Source: Octopus sinensis (lineage: Eukaryota). From it: DNA of 64,000 nt. Both the position numbers and the translations under genes were made by a program. Location: the NCBI RefSeq assembly GCF_006345805.1, contig NC_043000.1:76570001-76634000 (forward strand). The letters are read 5' to 3'. The stretch's first letter is position 1; the number at the start of each line of letters is the position of its first letter. The notes beneath the pieces are model-generated. The model was given only the letters and a program-made list of their open reading frames with translations, was not told where the DNA came from and made no database searches. This document shows positions 13,320 to 26,345 of this stretch, piece by piece.

Positions 13320-13772
13320 ATATATAATTAGGGTTCAGCAAAAAAAATTACTTTACCACGCACCGAACTTTTAGAAATAGCAACCAAAGTATTTAGCTAT
13401 TTCCTCTACTATAAGAAGAGTCTCCCAGACAATGTATACTCAAAAACAATTCACGTAGGCATAGAGGGAAAAATAACGAAAGATCACTCGTACATCGATT
13501 ACTTGAGAACGCCGTTTCTGGGTTAGTTAGATATAGAGATGCTAGAAATACATACCTATATCAACATTCCTGTCATCAGCCCAAGATTTCGTTAAGTTTA
13601 AATTTGAGAACACTGAAAATCGAACAAACCCGTCTGATTTGAGTCATTCCAGACAAATCACCTTCGACCACCAGTACTAACGAATTCAAAACGTACGAAT
13701 GAGGTTTTGCATCCTTCCCTGTCCACCCACGTGAGTTATAGAGCAACAAATTCCTACAGAGGGATCTATGTA

Positions 13773-13808
<36 letters not shown>

Positions 13809-13939
13809 TGTATGTATGTATGTATGTATGTATGTATGTATGTATGTATGTATGTATGTATGTATGTATGTATGCATGTATGCATGTATGTATGCATGCA
13901 TGTATGCATGCATGTATGTATATATATATAGATATATAT

Positions 13940-14000
<61 letters not shown>

Positions 14001-14006
14001 TGTATG

Positions 14007-14038
<32 letters not shown>

Positions 14039-14039
14039 A

Positions 14040-14230
14040 ATTGAAATTGATAGAAAAATAAAAGACGAAGACAGGTATATGAACAAGCAGGTGTATTAGT
14101 TTGACGCTCGGGTAAGTGAAAAATTATTTTACTTTTTGAGCCTACGCTCTTCAGCAGAAAGGAATAAGAAAAAATAAACAGAGAGAATAAAAAAAACTTG
14201 CGGATTTAGCGGTCAAGCATATGTATAAAC
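14040..14230 (-). mobile_element. PLE 3'-end fragment with degenerate HHR (14127-14161)
   Basis: Homologous to 33690-33870; minus strand CTTT CTGCTGA aGAGC gtag GCTC AAAA AGT A AAA. Confidence 0.6.
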
Positions 14231-14617
14231 GTAAGAGTATCGAACCAATCAATCAAATTTTTGAAGAGCGTAGGCGATTGGTAAGGTCACCTGACTCATC
14301 TGTCTAATGATACAAATCATCACATTGCTTTGGTTTGAATTGTCTCTCACTAATGCACATATACGCAGCGAAATATAAACACACACACACACACACACAC
14401 ATACATATATATATGCATGTATATGTGTATATATATGCATGTATATATATATATTACATCACTACACATGTAAATATGTATATGCATACGCACATATAAG
14501 CACACATATATAAATATATATCTGTACACACTCTCAAATATCTATGTTTACATGTGCGTGCACAAGCTTACACAAGTATATAATGCATATATACATACAC
14601 AAAAACATACATATATG

Positions 14618-14652
<35 letters not shown>

Positions 14653-14836
14653 CTATACATACTGGCATTTCCCCTCTATCAAAGTAACTTCGACGAAAGT
14701 GGAGAAATAGAAAAGACGTCAGATTGTGAGTGTGGGAGAGATATAGCGAGAGGAGAGACGAAGAGGGAGAGGAGAGAGAGTTTGTGAGAAAGAATATAAG
14801 AGAGAGTGGGAGGGAGCGAGAGTGAGAGAACGCGTT

Positions 14837-15047
14837 ATGGAGCTAGGTGTGAATAAAGTGTACTGGAAATATACTCAGCTTTTGGATGAATTCATTTCGA
14901 AATACAGGAGACAATCCACTGATTTGAAACTGTCACATGGACCATTTTGGCCGAAGGAGAATGATAATAAAACTGTCATCTTAGAGACCCCTATACTTAA
15001 CAAAACCTACCCTAATTTTCAGGAACCTTTACATAACAACATTAAGG
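14837..15047 (+). CDS. AGBL2/3: Probable upstream (possibly first) coding exon of CCP2/3-like gene
   Basis: Open frame MELGVNK...SHGPFWPKE...HNNIK ends in a strong donor AAGG|gtgagt (15048). Its phase-1 end fits exon 25789 (G+TA=Val). The PxWPxE motif resembles the N-terminal RWPxECEV motif of CCP2/3. The 5' boundary is uncertain (ATG 14837, or acceptors at 14879 or 15023). Confidence 0.5.
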
Positions 15048-15443
15048 GTGAGTCAGATTTTTGCAAGTTTTTCTTGTTTCTTCCTCGGTTCATTTTAATG
15101 CAAAATACTCGAATAGTTATTAGCATATATATACTCACAGACCACGTCTTTCAATTCAGTTTTCCACAGTGCAGGGCTCTTCTTTCAACTCCAGAAAGTT
15201 GGAAGAGCCCTGTTGTTGGAATTTGAGCCTAGGACGTAAATTATTGTTGCTGTATTTAATTGTTGCCTCACAACATACCGAGTTCAAATACCGCTGGTGT
15301 CAATTTCACTGCTCGGGTTCGATAAAGTAACACTGAGTTTACTGGGCGGGTGGGATCGATATAATCGGTTAAAATCCTATCCCCTTAACATTTTAGAGTT
15401 TCTCTATGTATTAGAAATTATTATTATTATTCATCCTTTCGAG

Positions 15444-15770
15444 ACAGCGAGCTGGCAGAATCGATAGTACGCCGGGCAAAACGCTTAGCAGCATTTCGTT
15501 CGTCTTCACGTTTTGAGTTCAAATTCCGCCGAAGTAGAGTTTGTCTTTCATCTTCTCGGGGTCGATGAAATAAGTATCAGTTGAGCACTGGGGTTGACGT
15601 AATCGACTGTGTCTCTGTCCCCAAATTTCAGGCCTTGTGCCTATAAGAGAAAGGATTATTCATCCTTTTGGCATCGATAAAATAAAGTACCATTGAGCAT
15701 AGGGTTGATGTAATTGATTATGCCCTTTCCACCAAATTTCAGGCCTTGTGCATATAGCAGAAATTATTAT
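15444..15770 (+). mobile_element. tRNA-derived SINE family C (plus extra tail copy) ending in (ATT)n
   Basis: gagctggcagaatcg..(A box)..gagttcaaattcc (B box)..caaatttcaggccttgtgc; related copies at 58094-58290 and, split, at 18290/22530. Confidence 0.75.
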
Positions 15771-15772
15771 TA

Positions 15773-15822
<50 letters not shown>

Positions 15823-16333
15823 GATGATAAAAATAGCATTCATATGAAAATTTTAGCCTTATTGGCTCACACAGACCACCTGGATGTAAGTAGGTTCTTT
15901 GGTGATATTGCTGAATATGGTGAGGGTGGTGAAGGTGGCGATGAAGGCAGTGGTAATAGAAGTGACGTTTATGGAGGTGGTATTGAAGGAAGTAACGTTG
16001 ATAGGTGTGGAGGTGGTGGTTGAGTGGTAGCGTTAAGTAATGGTGCTGGTGGATGAAATGATAAGTGGTGAGAGTGGAAGTGATTCAAGTGGTGGGAGTT
16101 GAAGTGTCGGTGGTCGAGGAGTTAGCAGGGATTGAGTGGTACCGGAAGTAATGCAGATAGTGACCTTCGTAAATAAAAGTTTTTACAGTTTCGGCTCTCA
16201 GCAGTTGAAATACCGCCATATTTGATTACCTTGTTCATACTTCTAGGGCCAAACTACTAGCAATATATTGGTATTAAGTCTGTCGACTACACACACACAC
16301 ACATGTATACAAAAAATTACGAATATACACATA

Positions 16334-16399
<66 letters not shown>

Positions 16400-17362
16400 T
16401 AACAAGGATGTCAAGGTATCAATACATTACGGCCGTTTCGAGCAACTCCACTTAATCGATCAATGAAAATATTTCATCAATTTCAAAGAAGCCGTTCTCC
16501 TCAGAAGTCGATGACCATATAGATTTCCAAACTAATGGATAAACTATTTTAAACAAATTTATATTAATACTAGAAACCAAAATAATTACATTGTTTTGTT
16601 ATATTATATTTGTGGCAGAATGAGTTTGGAAAAAATGCATATCTTATTAAACCTACTATAATTTAGAGAATATCAGCGGAAAATAGTAGGGGTCAAGATA
16701 TAGGAGTGGTAAGATATTTATGTTTAGAAGGTTTTATGCAGCGTGTAGTCTAAAACAATTTAGAATTAAATCCATTGGAAGTTGAGAACTGCGTTCTACT
16801 TGATAGTGATAAATTAATTAATGTCACGCAATCTCCTACACCCTTTTTTTACTGGAATCATATATCTAGCTATAGCTACTTAAAGTATGTCTTTGAGTTG
16901 CTAGTAAGAGAATGATTGATGGGGAAGAGGTGATAATTGGAAGAAGGAAGGATAGGTGTGGCTAGTACTTATCTAGATTATCAAATAAAAGGGGAATTGA
17001 GGGATACGGGATATACGGGAGTCATAACTTAGCAAATTTATTAAATGTGGAAACAATTTTAAATCAATATATAGGAAAAGGATAGAAATTAAACTTAAAA
17101 CTTAAATAATGGGATACTTAAATATATAGGAGAAAGCTCATAAGGCCTTAAAAAATATTTATAAATTACAAGCACTGTGCAAAAATATATGAAAGGATAT
17201 AAGAATGTAAAAAACATCACGCGCGCACACATACACACACATATATAAAATTTTAAATTCCCAAAATATAATGTGTAATTATAAACATAATTAAAAATAT
17301 AATATTGTATTATTGTAATATATTATACAGTGAGTTTTATTGATACCTGGACATCCTTGTTA
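16400..17362 (-). mobile_element. Decayed PLE-like insertion bounded by 25-bp inverted termini
   Basis: taacaaggatgtcaaggtatcaata (16400-16424) vs the inverted copy at 17338-17362 (1 mismatch); HHR-like motif at 16424-16508; abuts (TA)n. Confidence 0.55.
16424..16508 (-). ncRNA. Type I hammerhead motif with long stem II, slightly degenerate
   Basis: Minus strand ACTT CTGAGGA GA...TC GAAA CGGCCGT A ATGT: canonical core, palindromic stem III ACGGCCGT, stem I 3 of 4 pairs. Confidence 0.55.
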
Positions 17363-17430
17363 TTTATTTACATTCTGTTGACCTAACTTGGAGCTGTGCA
17401 GACGATACCAAACTGGTTTGGTGCCTCAAT

Positions 17431-17484
<54 letters not shown>

Positions 17485-18289
17485 TTACTTGGAAATAGAT
17501 GCGTGTACACACACACAATTCAAATAAATAAGGAGAATAATACATCTACAGAATTATTACAATCCTCTGTACATCATACTTCATTTAAATCTCTGTCTAT
17601 TTCTGTCCGACGTATGTTCCTCCTGCATATATATCTCTATTTAAGAACGTGTCCATGCAACTGTATTCAAGGTGTTCCCAGCATTAAAATTCGAAGCGAA
17701 CTGAAATATAACGGTTTAGATAATTTTACACTTTAGTAGAGGACGATTAGTGTTGAGTGCAAAGAATAAGAGAGGAATAGTTAGAAACTTGATACGGCTA
17801 TAAAGTACATTATCAGATTGACCCTAGGACGACCTTAAGGTTTGTGTTTCGAATCAATAGTATTAGATATTAAGCTAGGTCAAAATATATTTCATCCAGT
17901 AACCTTAATCGAAATACATAGAAATAAATTTCGGCGATAGATGTATACAATTAAGGGTCATTAAGTCAAATATAATATAGAATTTAGAGAATTTACTTAA
18001 AGGCCAGGGCATTGTACACAACCTGATTGAATATTTCCACCTATAGTGAAATCAGAATTTTCAACTATATGGATCAGCCTTATATCTAAATGTAGATAAT
18101 ATCCTCCTAGATATAGAACAAATTATTCCATATGTGGAGCGTTATTTGACTAATGGTATAGTCAAATAACGCTCCACATATGGAATATGGAAGTTCAGGA
18201 CTGAAGTTAAAACACATATCATGAATAATTGTAGTGGGGGTATGGACTACTACTAGAACATCGGAAAACTAGTTACTGCACTAATATTC

Positions 18290-18452
18290 CTTTCTACTAT
18301 AAGCACAAGGCCTGTTATTTTGGGGGAGTGGGTAAGTCGATTACAGCAACCTAGTATTCCACTGGTACTTAATTTATTGATCCCGAAAGGATGAAAGGCA
18401 AAGTCGACCCCGGCGGCATTTGAACTTAGAACGTGAAAACAGACAAAATACC
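18290..18452 (-). mobile_element. SINE family C, 3' portion (5' portion at 22479-22530), split by a LINE
   Basis: Joining 22530-22493 to 18452-18290 on the minus strand rebuilds a SINE like the intact copies at 15444 and 58094. Confidence 0.75.
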
Positions 18453-21400
18453 AATTTCTTTATTACCCACAGGTTGCTACACAAAGAATGGGACAAAACA
18501 ACTGATCGGGGTCAGTAACACGTTTTGATATTACATAAATATGAATATAAAAAATTATATAAAATATATAAGAATCGAATGAAATACGCAATACAAATAT
18601 GACAGAAATGTACCGATGATCAGGCCACGATCCGACTCCATAAGCCCCAATCTATCGCTGGTACTTCTTTCCTCTCTTGTTTTTCTTCTATAGCCTATTC
18701 ACATGGTTCCTTGCACGCACAGCACTCGTGCAACATGCTTCCATCTTTTTTTGAACACACTCTCCGACAGGCATCTCTTCTCCAGCCACACTTTCTTTTT
18801 CAAGTGAAAAGTGAAAAACGATCTTAACTCGTGGCCGGAGATAAAATTATCCGTCTTAATCCCTTTTATCTTAGTCTTCCATACTGCCTCTTTCGCTAAT
18901 GCAACAACAGTGAGAAAACAATTCTTACCTTCATTTGTTAAAAATTCCGGTGGGTCACTTTTTATAGTTGACCCAGTCGACAGCTGTACTCTTCCTTCGC
19001 CGGACAACAGGTGTTCAGCATAAACTCACATTTCAGATATCTCAGGACACTGGACAATAACGTGAGGGATGGTTTCCCTACCCCACCCCGTATCTTGGAC
19101 AGGTCGAAGAGTGAGACTTTCCATGTCTTGCGAGTTTATCCCAAACGGGCAAGGCGCCCCTGTAACATTGCCAGGTCAAGGACTTTTGGAAATTGTCCAA
19201 CGTTCTCAACCCGAATGTACGGTGGAACAGGCTGTCAAGTTGAATATACCCGAGACCTAGAGTCGCTCTCAGGCCATCGTTACATTCAGACTCTTCCAAT
19301 GCAGAACGGCTTCGAAAAGAAACCGTTCACCCGAACTATCGAGTCAATGTTGTGATACAGAGCGATGAACCATCTGAGGAAGCCAAGGTCCAGGCCAAAC
19401 TGCACAAGCACAGTTGACAGGTATCGATGGTCGACCCTATCAAAAGTTTTAGATTGGTCTAAATGCACCAATGCCCCACCTTTACCAGAGTTATCACCAA
19501 CCCTCTCTATGGTATAGCGAGATGGAGGGTATCCTGAATGGTTCTGCCTGGGATGACACATGTCTGTGCCTCTCCGACTATATCATTCGCGACAAGCGCC
19601 AACCTTTTTGCTAAAACCTTGGCCAAAATCTTCACTTCTGCGTTTAACAGAATGATGGGCCTGAAATTATCTAAAACGTGTCCCTTGCCCGGGTCCTTTC
19701 TGATCAACGTCACCACTCCTCGGCGCACAGATCTGGGGATAAACCCATTCTGTTGCCAGTTCGCGTATATGCTTGCCAGTAAGTGCCCGAACAAGTCTGG
19801 CATACATTTATATAGCTCGTAAGAAATACCATCAAATCCCGGCGACTTACTCACTTTACACTCAGCCATAGCCTCCGTCACCTCCCCAGGCGTGATCGGC
19901 CCCTCGCAAGCCTCCGCATCCGACCCCAAGAGGCGTGGTAGCCCGGCAACAAAATCCTCGAGGACTTTCCTACCATCAGAACAGCCATCACCCCCGAACA
20001 GCTGGGCGAAGTACGCCGCAAATACTTAACACATTTCCTCGGGTTCGTTTACCAAGCCACCATTTTGGTTCGTCATAGACCGAATAGTGGAACTATTTTC
20101 TTGTCGAGCTTCCACCACTCAGGCCCATCCAGCGGCCTTGAGTTCTTCACTTCCCATCGCACATAACTTAGCTCTGGTAATACTTCCCATGTGTTGGGTT
20201 TCAAGATACTGGTTCAACTCCAGTTTCTTTGCCTTCACTTGGTCAAAGCTTCTTCTAGTTCCTTAACTATACCATCTCTTATTCTACGTCCCTTCTTAGC
20301 TAAACTTATGCTAAACCTAATAGACTCATATTTTATAGCTCTTTTTAGGGCGTACCACCATTTATTATCAATCATAGTAGCTGTCAATGCTCTCTGAATT
20401 AATTTCTTCATCTGCTTTCTGTACCCACCAATCGCCAAAAGGGACGTATTGAGTTTTCAGTAGCCAGATCCCTGTCTATGTAAGTTATCTACTGTCAGCT
20501 TACAGGTAACCATCTTGTGATCACTGTAGCTGACTCGATGAAACTGTGGACACTTAGCTATGCACTTACCTGTTTTTCTAATTAAAACCCTATTTATATA
20601 TGTCCTGGAAGACCCGTCACTATATGACCACGTCCACAGTGGCGTGTTCGGATGTTGCAACCTATATGGATCTGCCTGGTGAAAATGACTTAGCAGATCC
20701 CGAAAGCCAGGGTTACATTTTCTATTCATGTTCGAGCCAACACATTCTATGCGTGCGTCACAAATTGTGTTAAAGTCTCCTATCAATACTAGTGAATGCG
20801 ACGTGGCCAGGAAGTTGTCCAGGTCACGAAAATATTCACTTTGCGGACCCATAACGTTGGGTACATAAACTGCAACCAGCCTGATTGTCTTGCCACAACT
20901 GAACGTCAGGTCGTGAACAACCAGCCTGCCTTCTAGATCAGAAAAAACCCAACTTTTTCTCGGTTAGCCGGTTTCTTTTTTAGTAGGACCAACACTCCGC
21001 CCCCGCCCATCACCCGACTTGGAGAAACGTATTTCTCGTAGCGGTTCAGGAGGGGGAGCAGATCTCTTGGCCTCTTCATCCGGGTTTCCGCTGCAACGAT
21101 TACATCCAAATTTCTTGACTTGATGTCATTTAGGAAGCGCCCTTGCTTCCAACTTGACATCAGGCCACGGACATTTATACAACCAATGTGAATAGACATG
21201 ACTTACCTTTTAGATCGGGGCGTCCTGTGGAGAGGGACTCTCTACCTTTTCTTGGCTTAGGGTCGGAGGTGGCAAGCCTTCAAATATAGATTGATGAAAA
21301 TCAAATCTCAATGATGAGGCCGATTTTCCATACGTGTTACACAAGATATATGTTTTTTTGTCCACTTCGTAAAATACATAATTTTATATTTTTCTGATAG

Positions 21401-22478
21401 TTCAATTAGCCTAGTGGCTGATGTTTTCGTTTTTATATCACGCATTAAGTCATCGTTTTTGCTGTGTAGCGCATCTGTTCCTTTGTCCGTCTCCCCCTCC
21501 GTCATTATCGGTCTGTCTCTCTTGGTTATCTTTTTTGGTCTCGGCTCGATCTGCTTTTGCTGGTTCGAGCCTTCCATTTTCCTTTTGTTGTTTATTATTC
21601 CTTCAGTTTCTCTCTCTCTCTTTCTTCCTCCTCACCGTCCGATTCTTCTTCACTTTCTTTACAATATTTTTTAATGTGACCTAGTTGGCCAAACTGGAAA
21701 CATCGGGGCTTACGCCCCTCAAAAATATTTAGAACTTCCTCCTCTACATCTACTATTTCTGGGAGCTGTTCTAAAATTTTCTGCTCTGCCTACAGTAGCA
21801 GGTTGAGCGTTTGTCCAGTCCAATATGTATTCTCTGCGACTGTAGCCTGCAGAAGGTTTATATTATCATCCCTGTTTGCCAGGACTGCTGCCATCGAGTA
21901 CATAGGGTTTACTGCGGGTGGAACTCTTCGTATTCTAACCTTTTAAGCAGAATGTCTTAAAAATAATAATTTTCCTTTTTACTGCCGTTAATTGTTCTGG
22001 TATTTCCACTTTTACCACTCCATCTCGTACCGTTATCATTTCCTTGTATTTTAATAATTCTTTTTTTGTCATTTGACAGCTGTAGCGTTTCACTACCAAC
22101 TGCTGACGCAAAACTTTTTCTTTCTTCATTTTAAATGGTCTTTGCTTCTACATTTCTTTTGGTACCCATAACTTTTGGTAAAGCAGGGAATTCACTTTCC
22201 GAAACATCAGAAACGTTATCAAAAATTAAACTTTCGATCTTCCTCGTTCCCGCTCAGTCGATGAATCTTCACCCGACGAAGACACACTTTTCAGCATCTT
22301 ACTGGCAATTAATGTTTTCCCCCACAGGTGAAAACCACAGACAGCTTTCGAAAGAAAACTATAATACAATTTTTAAAACAATAAGTCCAACAATAGGCAC
22401 AACAAGAGGTATAACGATATAACAATTAATAGAAACTTACTTTACGAACACACTCCAACAATAAATTTTCAATAACAG
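18453..22478 (-). mobile_element. Tx1/L1-clade LINE with both termini, internally deleted and disrupted
   Basis: APE (IGCINVRGL, DVIVAAET, LIGDFN, SDHKMV), RT N-terminal part (KSPGFDG, NFRPIILLNAEVKILAKVLAKRL, DQSKTFDRVDH) and C-terminal WQCYRGALPV. The RT core with YADD is missing. It ends aataaagaaatt and has a 14-bp TSD. Confidence 0.88.
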
Positions 22479-23339
22479 ACAGACGAAATACCGCTAAGCA
22501 TTGCGCCTGGCGTGCTAACGATTCTCCAATCTACGTGATACTTAATTTAAAATTTTGCTAGGGAAATATTTGAATGTTTTTTCTGTGATGGGCTAATTCC
22601 TGTTTATCATTTAATAATTGGTATTTAGACGAGGAAGAAATAGCATTTCTTACTTCCGATTACGTTTGTACCCCCACCGTCGCTTGACAACCGATGTCGG
22701 TGTGTTTACGTCTCCGTAACTTATTTCCTATTTTATAGCAAAGTTAGTGTTTCTATCCTTTAGGGACCAAATAAACTCATTTAAGTTAGTACTGTGCTTT
22801 TTTCTCTATCTCTGAAGGAAGCTAGGTGATTACATTATCTTGATTTGAAGATAGTAGAGCATGTCTCTATATAATAGTATGAAACCCTACCTGAGGTAAC
22901 CCTACATCTGTACACAATATTTTTTTCCTGCGTTGAGAGGGCAAATTTTCTTGTCACAGCTAGAAAGATTTGTGGTGATATTAGCTCTACCTCCGCGAGC
23001 GGGATCAGAATTTAGGAACACCTAAATACCTGCTTGAATATATTATCCTTAGCTATTCACTTTATACATACATACATACATACATACATACATACATACA
23101 TACATACATACATACATACATACATACTTACATACATACATACATGCATACATGCATGCATGCATGCATGCATACATACATACATACATACATACATACA
23201 TACATACTTACATACATACATGCATGCATACAAAAATACCGTTGTTGATGTTAAAATACCAATGAAGGAGCCTTGAATATAGGTTAGAAACTGGGTCTTT
23301 CTCTATTGGCAAGAAATCTTGAAATATAACTTAATAATG

Positions 23340-23500
23340 ATGTGGCTGTGTGGTAAGTAGCTTGCTTACCAGTTACATGGTTCCGGGTTCAGTCCCACTG
23401 CGTGGCACCTCGGGCAAGTGTCTTCTACTATAGCCTCGGGCCGACCAAAGCCTTGTTAATCGATTTGGTAGACGGAAATTGAAAGAATCCCGTCGTATAT
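23340..23500 (+). mobile_element. SINE family A tRNA-like head (intact reference copy)
   Basis: tgtggctgtgtggtaagtagcttgcttacc...ggttccgggttcagtcccactgcgtggcacc...agaatcccgtcgtatata. Confidence 0.8.
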
Positions 23501-24084
23501 ATATATAAAGAATAAAAGTTTTGAATGGTACAATAATGCACTATAATACAGACAATGGGCTATATACATGTTGTAATTTAGTCATCCATAGTCTGATATG
23601 ATATTTCGGAATAAAATTCCTTCTTCAGATATTCTTAGATGGAGTCGCTGCTATAATCGGTTTTCCAACGGCTTTTCTTTTTCTTTTTTTTTTCTTTTTT
23701 TTTTTTGGAAGCGCCTCAGCAGTGGTCTCACGAAGCTCCTTCCGGAATTCCTCATAAGAAGTGCGTGAGGTCAGCCATGTTTCAATCTCGTGTGTACTGG
23801 TACATCCGTGGCGCTGCTTCTACGTTATGTATTATACGTGCAGCTTCGTTTTTCCCTTCTTTTTATCTTTTCTTCTTTTTTTGTTATAAGCATCTTATCA
23901 AAAATGAACCTACACGCATCCAAATGTAGCTAAATAATATATTGATTACCAACCTTCAGCCTGTTGTTAATTTGGGGCCCTAGTCTGTGTATGAGTATAG
24001 CTTCCTTAATTCTTAAATTACCAAATTTCTTTCATTGGCCTCAATTGTGGTGTGTGTGTATGTGTGTGTATGTGTGTGTATGTG

Positions 24085-24292
24085 TGTGTTTGTGTGTTTG
24101 TACCCCCACCATCGCTTGACAACCGAACCGATGTCAAGCTAAGTTACGTTTCCGTAACTTAGCGGTTCGGCCTAAGAGACCGATAGAATAAGTACTAGGT
24201 TTACAAAGAATAAGTCCTGGGGTCAATTTGTTCGACTAAAGGCGGTGCCCCAGCATGGCTGTAGTCAAATGAGTGAAACAAATAAAAGAATA
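24085..24292 (+). mobile_element. SINE family A tail segment
   Basis: cgcttgacaacc...cggttcggc..agaccgatagaataagtactagg...cagcatggctgtagtcaaatg, the same tail as other copies. Confidence 0.75.
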
Positions 24293-24305
24293 CATACATA
24301 CATGC

Positions 24306-24336
<31 letters not shown>

Positions 24337-25788
24337 CATACATACATGCGTACGTACGTGCATATATTCATACATACATACATACATACATACATACATA
24401 CATACATACATACATACATACATACATACATACATACATACATACATACACACATACATACAATCGCACACATATATAGAAATTCTAACACATTAATCTG
24501 TCATAGTCTTATTTGAAGTAATTTTACTTTATATTATTAGAAATTAATGTGATCTCTTTCGGCTTCTACAACGAATATTGACTCGGTCGTTTAACTTAAT
24601 TACATGTTCACTGAATTAATTTGTGAGTGATCAAAGATTCCACAGACAAATGTACCTTTAACGTAGTCTTGAAGCAGAATTAGAATGACGTAGTGTGTAA
24701 CAGAACTTTGAACTACAGAGGGAGTAGCTTGGTAATTCGCTTCTCACTTACAAAGTCACGGGTTCGATCCGACTGCGCAGCAGCTTCACCGAAAGTCATT
24801 TTCCATCACCTCCAGTTAACCTAGACGATATGAGGGAAATTAAGTAAAAGGAAACTGTATGGAAGTCTGTCAGATGAAGTGTACATGTAATACATAGTAT
24901 ATACTGACACTTCGTCGGTTACGACAAATGTTTCAGTTGATCCAATCAAAGGAACAGCCTGATTGTAGAATCAACATACAAGTCTCTAAGCACTCCACAG
25001 ACACGCGTACCCTTACTGTTGTTCTCCCTGATATTCAGTTGTGACAAGGCTAGCCCTTTGACATACAGATACTACTAATTTTTGCCAGCTGAGTGGACTG
25101 GAGCTACGTGATATAAAGTGTGTTGCTGAAGGACACAACACGCCGCCAGGCATCGAACGCACGACTTTACGATTTTGAGCCGAAAACAACCACTTATCCA
25201 CCAAATCTTCCTGTAATCATACCACTCACTGTTTTCATAAAAGAACAGAAACTGGCACTGATATACTCCTAGGTACATTGTATACGAAATAAAAGACGGT
25301 GTTGTCACGGCTGCGAAATTTTTGTTCATAGGTCTGCTGCATGAAGACTATGCTGGGACTAAGCAATGACATTAGCAGCAGCAGCAGTAGCAACAACAAC
25401 AACAAAAATAATAACAGTCGCAGTTAAAGATACACTACGAAAAAATTTGGGATGATCACAGCTGGATTATTTTTGACCACAGATCTTTTGGATTAGTTTT
25501 GATTACAGATCTGCTGGATTACGTAAGATTAAACAACAACGTCAACCACTATCAACAACACACCATTACGCTATTAAGATAACCACACCACCCTTCCAAC
25601 TACCTTCAATTTATAATAATTTTCGCGAAAATATTACTGTTCGTTATAACTAGGCATTTGGAAGGGAAAGGGAGGTGTTAATGTGCTATTTTCGGACCTT
25701 GATACTTTATTTTTGCCATCTCAGCATTGAAGAAATATATGCAACACCTTATAATAGTCCGCTTTCGTTCTTTGTAATTTCTGTTCAG

Positions 25789-25981
25789 TACCAACGCAAA
25801 CCATTGAGACACAAATCGCTCCCTATAAAAGCCATACAAAATGGTCACGACCAATAATTGTGTATGATTCTGAGAGGAATTCACCCTATAACTGTCCATT
25901 GATGTCATCTGAAGATTATGGTCCTTCACTGGTGTTTGAGTCGAGATTTGAAAGTGGGAATTTACGGCAAGCTCGAAGAGT
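25789..25981 (+). CDS. AGBL2/3: CCP2/3-like exon (pro-domain, FESRFESGNL motif)
   Basis: ttctgttcag|...|gtaagt; translates to PTQTIETQIAPYKSHTKWSRPIIVYDSERNSPYNCPLMSSEDYGPSLVFESRFESGNLRQARRV. FESxFESGNL is a CCP hallmark. Confidence 0.93.
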
Positions 25982-26057
25982 GTAAGTAAAGTTTTCTCCA
26001 TCTATTCATTAACATTACAATTGATATTTCTTATTATCTGGTTTTGTTTCCGTTGTG

Positions 26058-26345
26058 AAGGCACGTGGCTTAGTGGTTAGGGTATTTGTCTAACGTTTGT
26101 AAGGTCGTGAGTGCAATTCCTGGTGGCACGTTATTTCCCTGAGCAAGACATTTTACTTCACGTTGCTTCAGTTCACTCAACTAGTAGTACCTGTATTCCA
26201 AAGGGCCAGCCTTGTCACATTCTGTGTCATGCTGAATCTCCCCGAGACCTATGTTAAGGGCATACCTGTCTGTAGCGTGTGCAGCCTCTTAGACGTTAAT
26301 TCCGTTGATCGGATCAACTAGAACCCTTGTCATAACCGACGGAGT
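26058..26345 (+). mobile_element. tRNA-derived SINE family D (related copy about 24720-25200)
   Basis: A-box tggcttagtggttagg, B-box-like gtgagtgcaattcc, followed by a core-like 'ctgagcaagacattttacttcac' block. Confidence 0.6.

Noticed and set aside
17830-17905. Degenerate HHR-like motif on minus strand (ctggatga...gaaac)
   Set aside because: Core has an insertion and stem III does not pair; at best a dead remnant.
22626-22660. TAGACGA-GGAAG...CTTCC-GATT, hammerhead-like stem II
   Set aside because: GAAA and stems I/III are lost and a SINE piece follows; insufficient support.
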